This document shows positions 1 through 16,952 of a DNA stretch of 32,000 nucleotides, in pieces. A program made the position numbers and the translations under genes. Below the pieces are notes generated by a model. The model did no database searches and was not told the DNA's origin. It saw nothing but the letters and a program-made list of their open reading frames with translations. The DNA is taken from the sequence record CM128224.1. One strand, 5' to 3'. Position 1 is the stretch's first letter, and the number at the start of each line of letters is the position of its first letter.

Positions 1-240
1 GAATAATAAATATAAAAATTTAGCTTTTATTATTAAAACATGGTTTTATATTTATCTATTTTTTTATAGAGTTTAATTTTTAAAATTTTAAATTAGATCA
101 ATTTTAAAAATTATTTAGAAAGCAACAATAATAAATATTATAATTTTTTTATAATTAAATATATTATAAAATAGAAATTTCAATCAATATTATTTAGTTA
201 GTTGAATTTACCCTCGAGAGGGAAAGGAGAATTTTTCGCC

Positions 241-2496
241 ATGACAATTAGCCCCCCAGAACGCGAATCTAAAAAAGTTAAAATTCTTGTAGATCAAAAT
301 CCTGTAGAAACGAACTTTGAAAGATGGGCAAAACCTGGTCATTTTTCACGCACGTTAGCAAAAGGTCCAAATACAACTACATGGATTTGGAACTTACATG
401 CAGATGCACATGATTTTGATACACAAACAAGTGATCTAGAAGATATTTCGCGAAAAGTGTTTAGTGCACATTTTGGTCAACTTGGTATTATTTTTATCTG
501 GTTAAGTGGTATGTATTTTCACGGCGCACGTTTTTCAAATTATGAAGCATGGTTAACAGACCCTATTCATATTAAACCAAGTGCGCAAGTTGTATGGCCA
601 ATTGTAGGCCAAGAAATGCTGAATGCTGATGTTGGTGGCGGATTTCAAGGGATTCAAATTACATCTGGATTTTTCCAACTTTGGCGTGCTTCAGGTATTA
701 CTAGTGAGCTTCAATTATATACTACAGCGATTGGTGGTCTTGTATTCGCTGCAGCTATGTTTTTTGCAGGTTGGTTTCATTACCATAAAGCAGCGCCTAA
801 ATTAGAATGGTTTCAAAACGTAGAGTCTATGCTAAATCACCATTTAGCAGGTCTTTTAGGTCTTGGAAGTTTAGCATGGGCTGGGCACCAAATTCACGTG
901 TCTCTTCCAATAAATAAGCTTCTTGATGCTGGTGTTGATCCCAAAGAAATACCACTCCCACATGAATATATTTTTCATCCAGAATATCTTGCACAATTAT
1001 ACCCAAGTTTTGGCAAAGGATTAGTACCGTTTTTTACACTTGATTGGAATCAATATAGCGATTTCTTAACTTTTAAAGGCGGTTTAAACCCAATTACTGG
1101 AAGTTTATGGCTAACAGATACTGCCCATCATCATCTTGCTATTGCTGTTCTTTTTATTATTGCAGGACACCAATATCGTACTAATTGGGGTATTGGACAT
1201 AGTATCAAAGAAATTCTAGAAGCACATAGCGGTCCATTTACTGGGCAAGGTCATAAAGGTTTATATGAAATATTAACAACTTCTTGGCATGCTCAATTAG
1301 CTATTAACTTAGCTTTATTTGGTTCATTATCTATCATTGTTGCTCAGCATATGTATTCAATGCCACCTTATCCATATTTGGCAACTGATTATGGTACTCA
1401 ATTATCTATTTTCACACATCATACATGGATTGGTGGATTTTGTATTGTAGGTGCTGGGGCACATGCTGCTATTTTTATGGTTCGTGATTATGATCCTTAT
1501 AATAACTATAATAATTTATTAGATCGTGTTTTACGCCATAGAGATGCAATAATTTCTCATTTAAATTGGGTATGTATTTTCTTAGGTTTTCATAGTTTTG
1601 GATTATATATCCATAATGATACTTTAAGTGCTTTAGGACGTCCTCAAGATATGTTTTCAGATACTGCAATACAACTACAACCCGTTTTTGCACAATGGAT
1701 TCAAAACATTCATGCGACAGCTCCAGGTTTCACTGCTCCAAATGTATTAGATCCTACAAGTTTTACTTGGAGTAATAATATTGTAGCAATTGGTGGGAAA
1801 GTAGCAATGATGCCAATTCCATTAGGTACAGCTGATTTTTTAGTACATCATATTCATGCTTTTACTATTCACGTAACGGTTTTAATTTTGTTAAAAGGTG
1901 TACTATATGCTCGTAGTTCTCGATTAATCCCTGATAAATCAAATTTAGGGTTTAGATTTCCTTGTGACGGTCCGGGTCGTGGAGGAACATGTCAAGTTTC
2001 TGCTTGGGATCACGTGTTTTTAGGTTTATTTTGGATGTATAATTCTTTATCAATTGCTATTTTTCATTTTAGTTGGAAAATGCAATCAGATGTTTGGGGT
2101 ACTGTAACAGCAAACGGCGTTTCTCATATTACTGGTGGTAATTTTGCTCAAAGTGCGAACACTATTAATGGGTGGTTACGTGACTTTTTATGGGCTCAGT
2201 CATCACAAGTTATTCAATCATACGGGTCAGCACTTTCTGCTTATGGACTTATTTTCTTAGGAGCACATTTTGTTTGGGCTTTTAGTTTAATGTTTTTATT
2301 TAGTGGACGTGGTTACTGGCAAGAATTGATCGAATCTATTCTTTGGGCACATAATAAATTAAAAGTGGCTCCAGCTATTCAACCTCGTGCTTTAAGTATT
2401 ACACAAGGTCGGGCTGTGGGTGTAGCTCATTATTTATTAGGTGGTATTGCAACCACATGGTCATTCTTCTTAGCAAGAATTTTAGCTGTGGGTTAA
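241..2496 (+). CDS. psaA: Photosystem I P700 apoprotein A1 (PsaA), unsplit
   Basis: The ORF translates to canonical PsaA: MTISPPERE..., [12 protein letters not shown] (Fx cluster loop) and a C-terminal ...ARILAVG. The track ORF begins at a TTG at 202, but the conserved N-terminus starts at ATG 241. A GGAG motif lies about 8 nt upstream. Confidence 0.97.
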   Translation: MTISPPERESKKVKILVDQNPVETNFERWAKPGHFSRTLAKGPNTTTWIWNLHADAHDFDTQTSDLEDISRKVFSAHFGQLGIIFIWLSGMYFHGARFSNYEAWLTDPIHIKPSAQVVWPIVGQEMLNADVGGGFQGIQITSGFFQLWRASGITSELQLYTTAIGGLVFAAAMFFAGWFHYHKAAPKLEWFQNVESMLNHHLAGLLGLGSLAWAGHQIHVSLPINKLLDAGVDPKEIPLPHEYIFHPEYLAQLYPSFGKGLVPFFTLDWNQYSDFLTFKGGLNPITGSLWLTDTAHHHLAIAVLFIIAGHQYRTNWGIGHSIKEILEAHSGPFTGQGHKGLYEILTTSWHAQLAINLALFGSLSIIVAQHMYSMPPYPYLATDYGTQLSIFTHHTWIGGFCIVGAGAHAAIFMVRDYDPYNNYNNLLDRVLRHRDAIISHLNWVCIFLGFHSFGLYIHNDTLSALGRPQDMFSDTAIQLQPVFAQWIQNIHATAPGFTAPNVLDPTSFTWSNNIVAIGGKVAMMPIPLGTADFLVHHIHAFTIHVTVLILLKGVLYARSSRLIPDKSNLGFRFPCDGPGRGGTCQVSAWDHVFLGLFWMYNSLSIAIFHFSWKMQSDVWGTVTANGVSHITGGNFAQSANTINGWLRDFLWAQSSQVIQSYGSALSAYGLIFLGAHFVWAFSLMFLFSGRGYWQELIESILWAHNKLKVAPAIQPRALSITQGRAVGVAHYLLGGIATTWSFFLARILAVG

Positions 2497-2503
2497 TAAA
2501 CTG

Positions 2504-2540
2504 TAACAATTTAGAGGTTTTTGTAACCTCTAAATTGTTA
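2504..2540 (+). terminator. Perfect 16-bp stem-loop just after the psaA stop, in the psaA-psaB spacer (RNA processing or stability element)
   Basis: taacaatttagaggtt (2504-2519) pairs with aacctctaaattgtta (2525-2540), with loop tttgt. Confidence 0.5.
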
Positions 2541-2621
2541 AATAAGTCGTTTTTTTATTTGTTAAAATATATGTATTAGTGCAATCTTTTTAAAGATTGC
2601 CTTTAATAGGAGAATTATAAA

Positions 2622-4826
2622 ATGGCAACAAAATTTCCAAAATTTAGTCAAGCCTTAGCACAAGATCCAACTACACGTAGGCTTTGGTATGGTTTAGCCA
2701 CAGCTCATGATTTCGAAAGTCATGATGGTATGACTGAAGAACGTCTTTATCAAAAAATATTTGCATCACATTTTGGCCAATTAGCGATTATATTTCTTTG
2801 GACTTCTGGAAACCTTTTTCATGTAGCTTGGCAAGGAAATTTCGAGCAGTGGGTTCAAGATCCTCTTCATATCCGACCAATAGCTCATGCAATCTGGGAT
2901 CCACATTTTGGGCAGCCAGCCGTGGAAGCTTTTACACGTGGCGGTGCTTCAGGTCCAGTAAATATATCTACATCTGGTGTTTATCAATGGTGGTTTACTA
3001 TTGGGCTACGAACTAACCAAGATTTATATAATGGATCTATTTTTTTAATTATACTTTCAGCATTATTTCTATTTGCAGGCTGGTTACATCTTCAACCTTC
3101 TTTTCAGCCAACGCTTTCATGGTTTAAAAATGCAGAATCGCGATTAAATCACCATTTAGCAGGTCTGTTTGGAATAAGTTCTCTAGCTTGGGCAGGTCAT
3201 TTAATTCATGTGGCTATTCCTGAATCTCGTGGGCAACATGTACGTTGGAATAATTTTCTGACTGTTTTACCACATCCGGCTGGATTAACTCCTTTTTTTA
3301 CAGGTAATTGGGTTGTATATGCTCAAAACCCAGATGCAGCTACTCATGTTTGGAATACTAATGAAAACGCTGGGAGTGCTATTTTAACATTCTTAGGAGG
3401 GTTTCATCCTGAAACTCAAAGTCTTTGGTTAACAGATATGGCACATCATCATCTTGCTATTGCTGTTGTTTTCATATTAGCCGGACACCAATATAGAACA
3501 ATTTTTGGTATTGGGCATAGTATCAAAGAAATTCTAGAAAGTCACACTCCTCCGTCAGGAAATTTAGGTGCTGGTCATAAAGGTATTTATGATACTCTTA
3601 ATAATTCTTTACACTTTCAATTAGGGTTAGCTTTAGCGAGTCTTGGCACAATTACATCTTTAGTAGCACAACATATGTATTCGTTACCACCGTATGCTTA
3701 CTTAGCGCAAGATTTTACTACACAAGCATCTTTATATACACATCATCAGTACATTGCTGGGTTTTTATTAACAGGTGCATTTGCACATGGTGCTATATTT
3801 TTTGTTCGTGATTATGATCCAGAAGCAAATCGTGGCAACGTGTTGGCACGTATTTTAGATCATAAAGAAGCTATTATTTCACATTTAAGTTGGGTTAGTT
3901 TATTTTTAGGTTTTCATACATTAGGATTATATGTACATAATGATGTAATGCAAGCTTTTGGGACTCCAGAAAAACAAATTCTAATCGAACCTGTTTTTGC
4001 TCAATGGATTCAAGCTTCTCATGGTAAAACTGTTTATAATTTTGATTTTTTATTATCATCATCAACAAGTGCTCCAAGTATTGCTGGTCAAAATTTATGG
4101 TTACCTGGATGGTTAGAATCAATTAATAATGAAAGTAATTCATTATTTTTAAACATAGGCCCTGGTGATTTCTTAGTGCATCATGCAATTGCTTTAGGAC
4201 TACATACAACTACATTAATTGGGATCAAAGGTGCTCTAGACGCGCGTGGTTCAAAATTAATGCCAGATAAAAAAGATTTTGGTTATGCTTTCCCTTGTGA
4301 TGGTCCTGGACGTGGTGGTACTTGTGATATTTCAGCTTGGGATGCTTTCTATCTTGCTATTTTCTGGATGTTAAATACTATAGGTTGGGTTACTTTTTAT
4401 TGGCATTGGAAACATCTTGGCATTTGGCAAGGTAATGTTAGTCAATTTAATGAATCGTCTACTTATTTAATGGGTTGGCTTCGAGATTATTTATGGCTTA
4501 ATTCTTCACAACTTATTAATGGTTATAATCCTTTTGGGATGAATAGTCTTTCTGTTTGGGCGTGGATGTTTTTATTTGGTCATTTAGTGTATGCAACAGG
4601 ATTTATGTTCTTAATTTCTTGGCGTGGTTATTGGCAAGAATTAATTGAGACTTTAGCTTGGGCTCACGAAAGAACACCTTTAGCTAATCTAATTCGTTGG
4701 CGCGACAAACCAGTAGCACTTTCTATTGTTCAAGCACGTTTAGTTGGTTTAGCACATTTTTCTGTTGGCTATATTCTTACTTATGCTGCTTTCTTAATCG
4801 CTTCGACTTCTGGTAAATTCGGTTAA
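2622..4826 (+). CDS. psaB: Photosystem I P700 apoprotein A2 (PsaB)
   Basis: [24 protein letters not shown]..., [18 protein letters not shown] and 734 aa are typical of PsaB. GGAG lies 9 nt upstream of the ATG. It sits 125 bp downstream of psaA, the classical psaA-psaB operon. Confidence 0.97.
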   Translation: MATKFPKFSQALAQDPTTRRLWYGLATAHDFESHDGMTEERLYQKIFASHFGQLAIIFLWTSGNLFHVAWQGNFEQWVQDPLHIRPIAHAIWDPHFGQPAVEAFTRGGASGPVNISTSGVYQWWFTIGLRTNQDLYNGSIFLIILSALFLFAGWLHLQPSFQPTLSWFKNAESRLNHHLAGLFGISSLAWAGHLIHVAIPESRGQHVRWNNFLTVLPHPAGLTPFFTGNWVVYAQNPDAATHVWNTNENAGSAILTFLGGFHPETQSLWLTDMAHHHLAIAVVFILAGHQYRTIFGIGHSIKEILESHTPPSGNLGAGHKGIYDTLNNSLHFQLGLALASLGTITSLVAQHMYSLPPYAYLAQDFTTQASLYTHHQYIAGFLLTGAFAHGAIFFVRDYDPEANRGNVLARILDHKEAIISHLSWVSLFLGFHTLGLYVHNDVMQAFGTPEKQILIEPVFAQWIQASHGKTVYNFDFLLSSSTSAPSIAGQNLWLPGWLESINNESNSLFLNIGPGDFLVHHAIALGLHTTTLIGIKGALDARGSKLMPDKKDFGYAFPCDGPGRGGTCDISAWDAFYLAIFWMLNTIGWVTFYWHWKHLGIWQGNVSQFNESSTYLMGWLRDYLWLNSSQLINGYNPFGMNSLSVWAWMFLFGHLVYATGFMFLISWRGYWQELIETLAWAHERTPLANLIRWRDKPVALSIVQARLVGLAHFSVGYILTYAAFLIASTSGKFG

Positions 4827-4833
4827 ATTTTTT

Positions 4834-4870
4834 TAATTACTCTTTTATTAATAAAATAAAAGAGTAATTA
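4834..4870 (+). terminator. psaB 3' inverted repeat (16-bp perfect stem)
   Basis: taattactcttttatt (4834-4849) pairs with aataaaagagtaatta (4855-4870), loop aataa. A second 9-bp hairpin follows: gtgtaaaaa/tttttacac at 4895-4919. Confidence 0.55.
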
Positions 4871-4912
4871 TTATTACTGTTAAAATTTTTTGCGGTGTAA
4901 AAAGTTACGATT

Positions 4913-4941
4913 TTTACACTTTTTTATTTTTATGATATAAT
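4913..4941 (+). promoter_or_regulatory. Candidate sigma70/PEP-type promoter upstream of atpB (TTTACA-N17-TATAAT with extended -10 TG)
   Basis: TTTACA is at 4913-4918 and TATAAT at 4936-4941, separated by a 17-nt spacer. TG at 4933-4934 gives TGnTATAAT. The site lies about 220 nt upstream of the atpB ATG. Confidence 0.4.
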
Positions 4942-5146
4942 ATAAAAAACTGGTTGTATGTAATTACTATTTATTACTTGTATAAGTACTAATATGATTA
5001 ATTTAAGATTATTTTTTATTATTAATAAAATTTAATAATTTCTTATTAGTAGAATTTATTAATAATTTATATATATACTTATTTTTAAAAAGTATTTTTA
5101 AATTTACAAAATTTAAAAAATTACAAACACTACAAAAATCAACTAA

Positions 5147-6604
<1,458 letters not shown>

Positions 6605-6610
6605 TTTTTT

Positions 6611-6650
6611 GGTTACTATAGATTTTTTATAGTAACCTAAAAAATCTATA
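6611..6650 (+). terminator. atpB 3' region with two overlapping, mutually exclusive stem-loops
   Basis: Stem A: ggttactata (6611-6620) pairs with tatagtaacc (6628-6637). Stem B: tatagatttttt (6617-6628) pairs with aaaaaatctata (6639-6650). The two stems share nucleotides 6617-6620 and 6628 directly, and the downstream arm of stem A lies inside the loop of stem B. Confidence 0.5.
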
Positions 6651-6749
6651 GTTTATAGTTATATAAATTTATACAAAATATTTAAGTAAATACTTGTTTT
6701 TTAATTATAAAAATGAGTATTATTAAAATTAGGGATAAACTAAAAAATT

Positions 6750-7154
6750 ATGGTACTTCAAGTTTCAGTTATGACACCGGATGGTATTTTTTGGGATAAT
6801 AAAGCTGAAGAGGTAATACTTCCCACAAATACTGGCCAAATGGGAGTATTAGCTAATCACGCACCACTAATTACAGCATTAGATGTCGGTGTAACATTAA
6901 TTCGTACTGATAAAAAATGGACTCCATTAGCTGTTATGGGTGGTTTTGCATTAGTAAAACAAAATCAAATAACAATTTTAGTAAATGGAGCAGAATCTGC
7001 AGATACTTTACAATCAGAAAAAGTAGAAGCTTCGTTTGAAGAAGCCAAAAATCAATTAGAAAATGCAGAAAGCGAAAAACAAAGAGTAGATGCTCTTTTT
7101 CAATTTAAACGCGCAAGAGCTCGATATCAAGTAATTAAACAGTTAGTTAATTAA
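6750..7154 (+). CDS. atpE: ATP synthase CF1 epsilon subunit
   Basis: 134 aa, with an N-terminal beta-sandwich motif (VLQVSVMTPDGIFWD...EVILPTNTGQMGVLANHAPLITALD) typical of AtpE. It lies downstream of atpB. Confidence 0.93.
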   Translation: MVLQVSVMTPDGIFWDNKAEEVILPTNTGQMGVLANHAPLITALDVGVTLIRTDKKWTPLAVMGGFALVKQNQITILVNGAESADTLQSEKVEASFEEAKNQLENAESEKQRVDALFQFKRARARYQVIKQLVN

Positions 7155-7208
7155 TTTTTTTAATTAAAAAGCATTTTGTTAAACAAATTTAAATAATAAA
7201 AATTGAAT

Positions 7209-7832
7209 ATGTCGCGTTATAGAGGTCCACGATTGCGTGTTATACGCCGTTTAGGTGAATTACCTGGTTTTTCAAAAAAAGTAGATAAAAACCAGGTTCC
7301 ACCAGGTCAACATGGATGGAAAAAAAAGACAGGTGATCAAAAAAAATTAAAAGAATCACAATACGGTATTCGTCTTAAAGAAAAACAAAAATTAAGATAT
7401 AATTATGGAATTAATGAGCGCCAACTTATAAATTATGTACGGGAAGCTCGTCGACGGAAAGGATCTACTGGAGAAGTATTATTACAACTTTTAGAAATGC
7501 GATTAGATAATATCATTTATCGTTTAGGATTTGCGCCCACTATTCCTGCAGCACGTCAACTTATAAGCCACGGTCATATTAGTATAAACAAGAAAAACAT
7601 TAATATTCCAAGTTATACTTGCAAAATTAATGATAATATTTCGGTTTTAAAAAATTCTCAACAATTAGTAAAAAATTATTTAAATAATGCAGGTATTGCT
7701 ACTGTTTCTTCTTATTTAAATCTAAATAAAGAAACATTAGAAGCTAGTGTTAATAACATCGTACCACGCGATTTAATTAAACTCCAAGTTAATGAATTAT
7801 TAGTTATTGAGTATTATTCTAGAAAATTATAA
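7209..7832 (+). CDS. rps4: Ribosomal protein S4
   Basis: [16 protein letters not shown]... is the conserved S4 N-terminus, and an S4 RNA-binding domain follows ([26 protein letters not shown]). ATG at 7209 is preferred over the TTG at 7203. Confidence 0.95.
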   Translation: MSRYRGPRLRVIRRLGELPGFSKKVDKNQVPPGQHGWKKKTGDQKKLKESQYGIRLKEKQKLRYNYGINERQLINYVREARRRKGSTGEVLLQLLEMRLDNIIYRLGFAPTIPAARQLISHGHISINKKNINIPSYTCKINDNISVLKNSQQLVKNYLNNAGIATVSSYLNLNKETLEASVNNIVPRDLIKLQVNELLVIEYYSRKL

Positions 7833-7836
7833 TCAT

Positions 7837-7874
7837 TATATCTTTATGCTTAAGGTGCTAAGCATAAAGATATA
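7837..7874 (+). terminator. rps4 3' inverted repeat (16-bp perfect stem)
   Basis: tatatctttatgctta (7837-7852) pairs with taagcataaagatata (7859-7874), loop aggtgc. Confidence 0.55.
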
Positions 7875-7888
7875 AGATCATTAAATGC

Positions 7889-7977
7889 GGAAAGATGTCT
7901 GAGTGGTTGAAGGTATAGATCTGGAACATCTATGTGATGCTTTTATATCACCGAGGGTTCGAATCCCTCTCTTTCCG
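7889..7977 (+). tRNA. trnS: tRNA-Ser(GGA)
   Basis: Hand-folded cloverleaf. Acceptor ggaaaga/tctttcc, anticodon stem tagat/atcta with loop ctGGAac, a long variable arm, and T arm gaggg-ttcgaat-ccctc. Confidence 0.9.
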
Positions 7978-7984
7978 TCTTTTT

Positions 7985-8068
7985 GCGATTATGATGAAAT
8001 TGGTAGACATGCAAGCTTGAGGGGTTTGTGGGTAAACACCCATCCCGGTTCAAGTCCGGGTAATCGCA
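7985..8068 (+). tRNA. trnL: tRNA-Leu(GAG)
   Basis: Acceptor gcgatta/taatcgc, anticodon stem caagc/gtttg with loop ttGAGgg, type II variable arm tgggt-aaac-accca, and T arm cccgg-ttcaagt-ccggg. Confidence 0.88.
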
Positions 8069-8093
8069 AAAAATATTTAATTTAGCAATATTA

Positions 8094-8123
8094 TTGACAA
8101 ATAAAAAAATTTATATTTATACT
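8094..8123 (+). promoter_or_regulatory. Candidate PEP-type promoter for trnN (TTGACA-N18-TATACT)
   Basis: A perfect -35 TTGACA lies at 8094-8099 and TATACT at 8118-8123. The site is 16 nt upstream of the trnN 5' end. Confidence 0.35.
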
Positions 8124-8138
8124 AAAATTATTATTAAA

Positions 8139-8210
8139 TCCTCAGTAGCTCAGCGGTAGAGCGATCGGCTGTTAACCGATTGGTCGTAGGTTCAATCCCT
8201 ACCTGGGGAG
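8139..8210 (+). tRNA. trnN: tRNA-Asn(GUU)
   Basis: Acceptor tcctcag/ctgggga, anticodon loop ctGTTaa, and T arm gtagg-ttcaatc-cctac. Confidence 0.92.
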
Positions 8211-8380
8211 AAAAAATTAAAATAAAAATTTGGTTTTATAACTTATTTAATTATTATATAAATAACAGCATAAAAATTAGTTATTGTTTAAAGAAGTTAT
8301 AATACTATAATTATTAACTTCTTTTCAATTTATAATAATTATAAATACGTTATATAATAATTTTGAAATTTTATATCTAA

Positions 8381-8702
<322 letters not shown>

Positions 8703-8721
8703 TAAAGAGAGGCTGATTGGA

Positions 8722-8750
8722 TTGATACTTAAACTTATAAAAAGTAATTT
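8722..8750 (+). promoter_or_regulatory. Weak candidate rrn operon promoter (TTGATA-N17-TAATTT)
   Basis: TTGATA lies at 8722-8727 and TAATTT at 8745-8750, about 10 nt before the 16S 5' end. In AT-rich DNA such matches are easy to obtain by chance. Confidence 0.25.
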
Positions 8751-8760
8751 ATTTTTTGTG

Positions 8761-10300
<1,540 letters not shown>

Positions 10301-10383
10301 TAAAGGAAACTAAATTTATTTTATTATTCTTTTATATCATATATATATTACCTACGTAAAAAAAACGTAGGTATTATATACTC

Positions 10384-10457
10384 GGGCTATTAGCTCAGTT
10401 GGTGAGAGCGCACCCCTGATAAGGGTGAGGTCGCTGGTTCAAATCCAGCATAGCCCA
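10384..10457 (+). tRNA. trnI: tRNA-Ile(GAU), no intron, followed by a genomically encoded CCA
   Basis: gggctattagctcagttggtgagagc..., anticodon loop ctGATaa, acceptor gggctat/atagccc. CCA lies at 10458-10460. Confidence 0.95.
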
Positions 10458-10481
10458 CCAATAAAAAAAAATATAATATTT

Positions 10482-10554
10482 GGGAATATAGCTCAGCTGG
10501 TAGAGCGCTGCCCTTGCAAGGCAGATGTCAGCGGTTCAAGTCCGCTTATTTCCA
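10482..10554 (+). tRNA. trnA: tRNA-Ala(UGC), no intron, followed by a genomically encoded CCA
   Basis: gggaatatagctcagctggtagagcgc, anticodon loop ttTGCaa, a G3:U70 pair in acceptor gggaata/tatttcc. CCA lies at 10555-10557. Confidence 0.95.
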
Positions 10555-10593
10555 CCAAAAATGTTAAAAAATTTTTTTTACATTTTAGAACAT

Positions 10594-13591
<2,998 letters not shown>

Positions 13592-13617
13592 AGAAAATAC
13601 AAAAATTTATTTTAAAA

Positions 13618-13737
13618 TACCTAGTGTTCATGCTTGTGTGGAACCACCTTATTCCATCCCGAACTAAGAAGTGAAACGCGCAAGGGGCGAAGATACTAAA
13701 AGGGGGGCCTTTTGGGAAAATAGCTTAATGCTAGGTA
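13618..13737 (+). rRNA. rrf: 5S ribosomal RNA
   Basis: About 120 nt, with terminal helix tacctagt/gctaggta and the conserved ccatcccgaactaagaagtgaaac block, directly after 23S. Confidence 0.88.
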
Positions 13738-13759
13738 ATTAATTTTAAAAATACAATAT

Positions 13760-14080
13760 TTAACTTCCTAATTTAAAAGCTTCTAAAAAAATACCTAATA
13801 AAAAACCACGCTTAAAGATATTAATTATAATTTTCATTTTTTTAATAATACTATTTTTATGGGTTTGTTTGCTTAATACATCAAAAAAGGAGTAATTAAA
13901 AAAATTTAATAATTCTAATATAATATTAAAAAAAAATAAAGAAAAAAAATTATATGATATTTTTTTTGAATATATTCCTATTAAATTGCCGAATATAAAA
14001 CTACATAAAAGTAAAAAAAATATTGAAATTTTAAAATTATAATTTTGAATATTAAAAGTTTTTTTTTGTAAATTTTTCAT
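13760..14080 (-). CDS. ycf20: Small hydrophobic conserved plastid protein, probably Ycf20 (DUF565 family)
   Basis: 106 aa with hydrophobic helices and the C-terminal ending ...GIFLEAFKLGS, which as I recall is characteristic of Ycf20. The assignment rests on that recalled C-terminal motif and on gene content, not on a database search. Confidence 0.55.
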   Translation of the reverse strand: MKNLQKKTFNIQNYNFKISIFFLLLCSFIFGNLIGIYSKKISYNFFSLFFFNIILELLNFFNYSFFDVLSKQTHKNSIIKKMKIIINIFKRGFLLGIFLEAFKLGS

Positions 14081-14165
14081 TGAAAATATTTTATGTTAGT
14101 ATAATATACTAAAAGATAAAACTCCTCCTAGTATATTAAAATATTTGATAAAAAACTAATTTGAA

Positions 14166-15200
14166 TTAGTCTTCTCCTAAAAAAAAATCTTGTATTTTTT
14201 GAATAACACCTTTTGGAGGTACATCTAAATCAATGAAATATTCTTCTTTTCCTATTAACCTTCGAGCAGCATTTTCAAATGCAATACCCGACAGAGATAA
14301 TTTTTTATCTAATACTAGTGGTTCTCCCTTATTAGTTGAAATAATTACATTAGTATCTTCAGGTATTGCACCTAATAAAGGAATACCTAATGTTTCTTGG
14401 ACATCCATTACTGATAGCATAGTGCTGTTTTGAATCATATCCATACGAACACGATTTAATAATAATTTAGTATCAACAATTGTGTTTGCTTCTAATAGAC
14501 CAGCAACCCTATCAGCATCACGAATAGCAGTTATTTCAGGAGTTGTTACAATAATAGCTTCTTGTGCTGGCGCTATAGCATTTATAAAACCAACATCAAT
14601 ACCTGCTGGGCAATCGATTAATATAAATTGATAACCTAATTTTTTTATTGAAGAAACCAATTGTCGCATATGTTGTTGTGTTACATTATATTTTTGGTAA
14701 TTTCGAGAAACTGCTAATAATGCTAAATTCTTCCATCGCTTTTCTCGTACAAGTGCTTGGTCTAATCGACAACGCCCTTCAATAATATCCATAGCTGTAA
14801 AAGTAATACGATTTTCTAAACCTAATAATAAATCTAAATTTCGTAATCCTATGTCCGCATCAATTAAAGCAACACGATAACCAAATCTAGCTATAGACAT
14901 TCCTAAATTAGCAGTAGTTGTTGTTTTTCCTACACCTCCTTTCCCAGAAGTTATTACTATAACCCGAGGTTCTGGTTCATCAATATCTTTTTTAGTTGAG
15001 TTTTCTTCGGAGGTTGATTCTGGAATCATAGGTTCTTTTATTTTTTTTTTTTTTATTTCTTTGAGTTTCTCTTTTTCTAAACCTTTTTGTGGTTGTTCGT
15101 TATTTTTGGTTTCTTCCTCTTTTTCTTTAAGTAGTGGTTCTTCTACTTGCAATAATAATTGTTTTTCTTTTTTAGTTAATATTTCTTTTATTTTTATCAT
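14166..15200 (-). CDS. minD: Septum site-determining ATPase MinD with a ~78-aa Lys/Glu-rich N-terminal extension
   Basis: The deviant Walker A SGKGGVGKTT is present, and MinD-like sequence runs to a C-terminal amphipathic tail. A strong SD (GGAGGT) lies 8 nt upstream of ATG 15200, which supports the long form. Confidence 0.9.
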   Translation of the reverse strand: MIKIKEILTKKEKQLLLQVEEPLLKEKEEETKNNEQPQKGLEKEKLKEIKKKKIKEPMIPESTSEENSTKKDIDEPEPRVIVITSGKGGVGKTTTTANLGMSIARFGYRVALIDADIGLRNLDLLLGLENRITFTAMDIIEGRCRLDQALVREKRWKNLALLAVSRNYQKYNVTQQHMRQLVSSIKKLGYQFILIDCPAGIDVGFINAIAPAQEAIIVTTPEITAIRDADRVAGLLEANTIVDTKLLLNRVRMDMIQNSTMLSVMDVQETLGIPLLGAIPEDTNVIISTNKGEPLVLDKKLSLSGIAFENAARRLIGKEEYFIDLDVPPKGVIQKIQDFFLGED

Positions 15201-15405
15201 AGTGATTTACCTCCATAAATAACTTATTGATTTTATTTTTAAAATTTTAAGAAATTTACATATAATATACTATTAAAATAAAATAATTGTTATTAAAAAC
15301 ATACTATTTTCATTGTTTTTAGATTACAAATCATTTAAGTTCTTATTAATGATAATAAAAAGAGGTGCAATATTTTACGTTTTTTTGATTTAATTTTGCT
15401 TTTTT

Positions 15406-15479
15406 TGTGCTAGGAGGGAGTTGAACCCCCGACTCCATGGTTCGTAGCCATGTGCTCTAGTCCACTGAGCTACAAGCAC
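15406..15479 (-). tRNA. trnR: tRNA-Arg(ACG)
   Basis: The reverse complement reads gtgcttgtagctcagtggactagagcacatggctACGaaccatggagtcgggggttcaactccctcctagcac, which is very similar to plastid trnR-ACG. Confidence 0.9.
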
Positions 15480-15512
15480 GTACACGTACATCTTTAATAT
15501 ATGTACGTGTAC
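15480..15512 (-). terminator. chlN 3' inverted repeat (12-bp stem) between chlN and trnR
   Basis: gtacacgtacat (15480-15491) pairs with atgtacgtgtac (15501-15512). Confidence 0.45.
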
Positions 15513-15531
15513 TAACAAATTCAAAAAAAAA

Positions 15532-16848
<1,317 letters not shown>

Positions 16849-16952
16849 TTATAGTTATTGAATTGTAATCTCTTTAAATATTAATATTTAGATATTTATA
16901 AACGTAAATTAAAGTATTATTTTTTGATAATTTTATCAATTTTAGGATTTAT

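Noticed and set aside
7903-8085. 60-aa ORF
   Set aside because: It spans trnS(GGA) and trnL(GAG), so it is an artefact of tRNA sequence. The same applies to 10425-10628 (trnI/trnA), 27315-27545 (trnS/trnG) and 28848-29039 (trnW/trnP).
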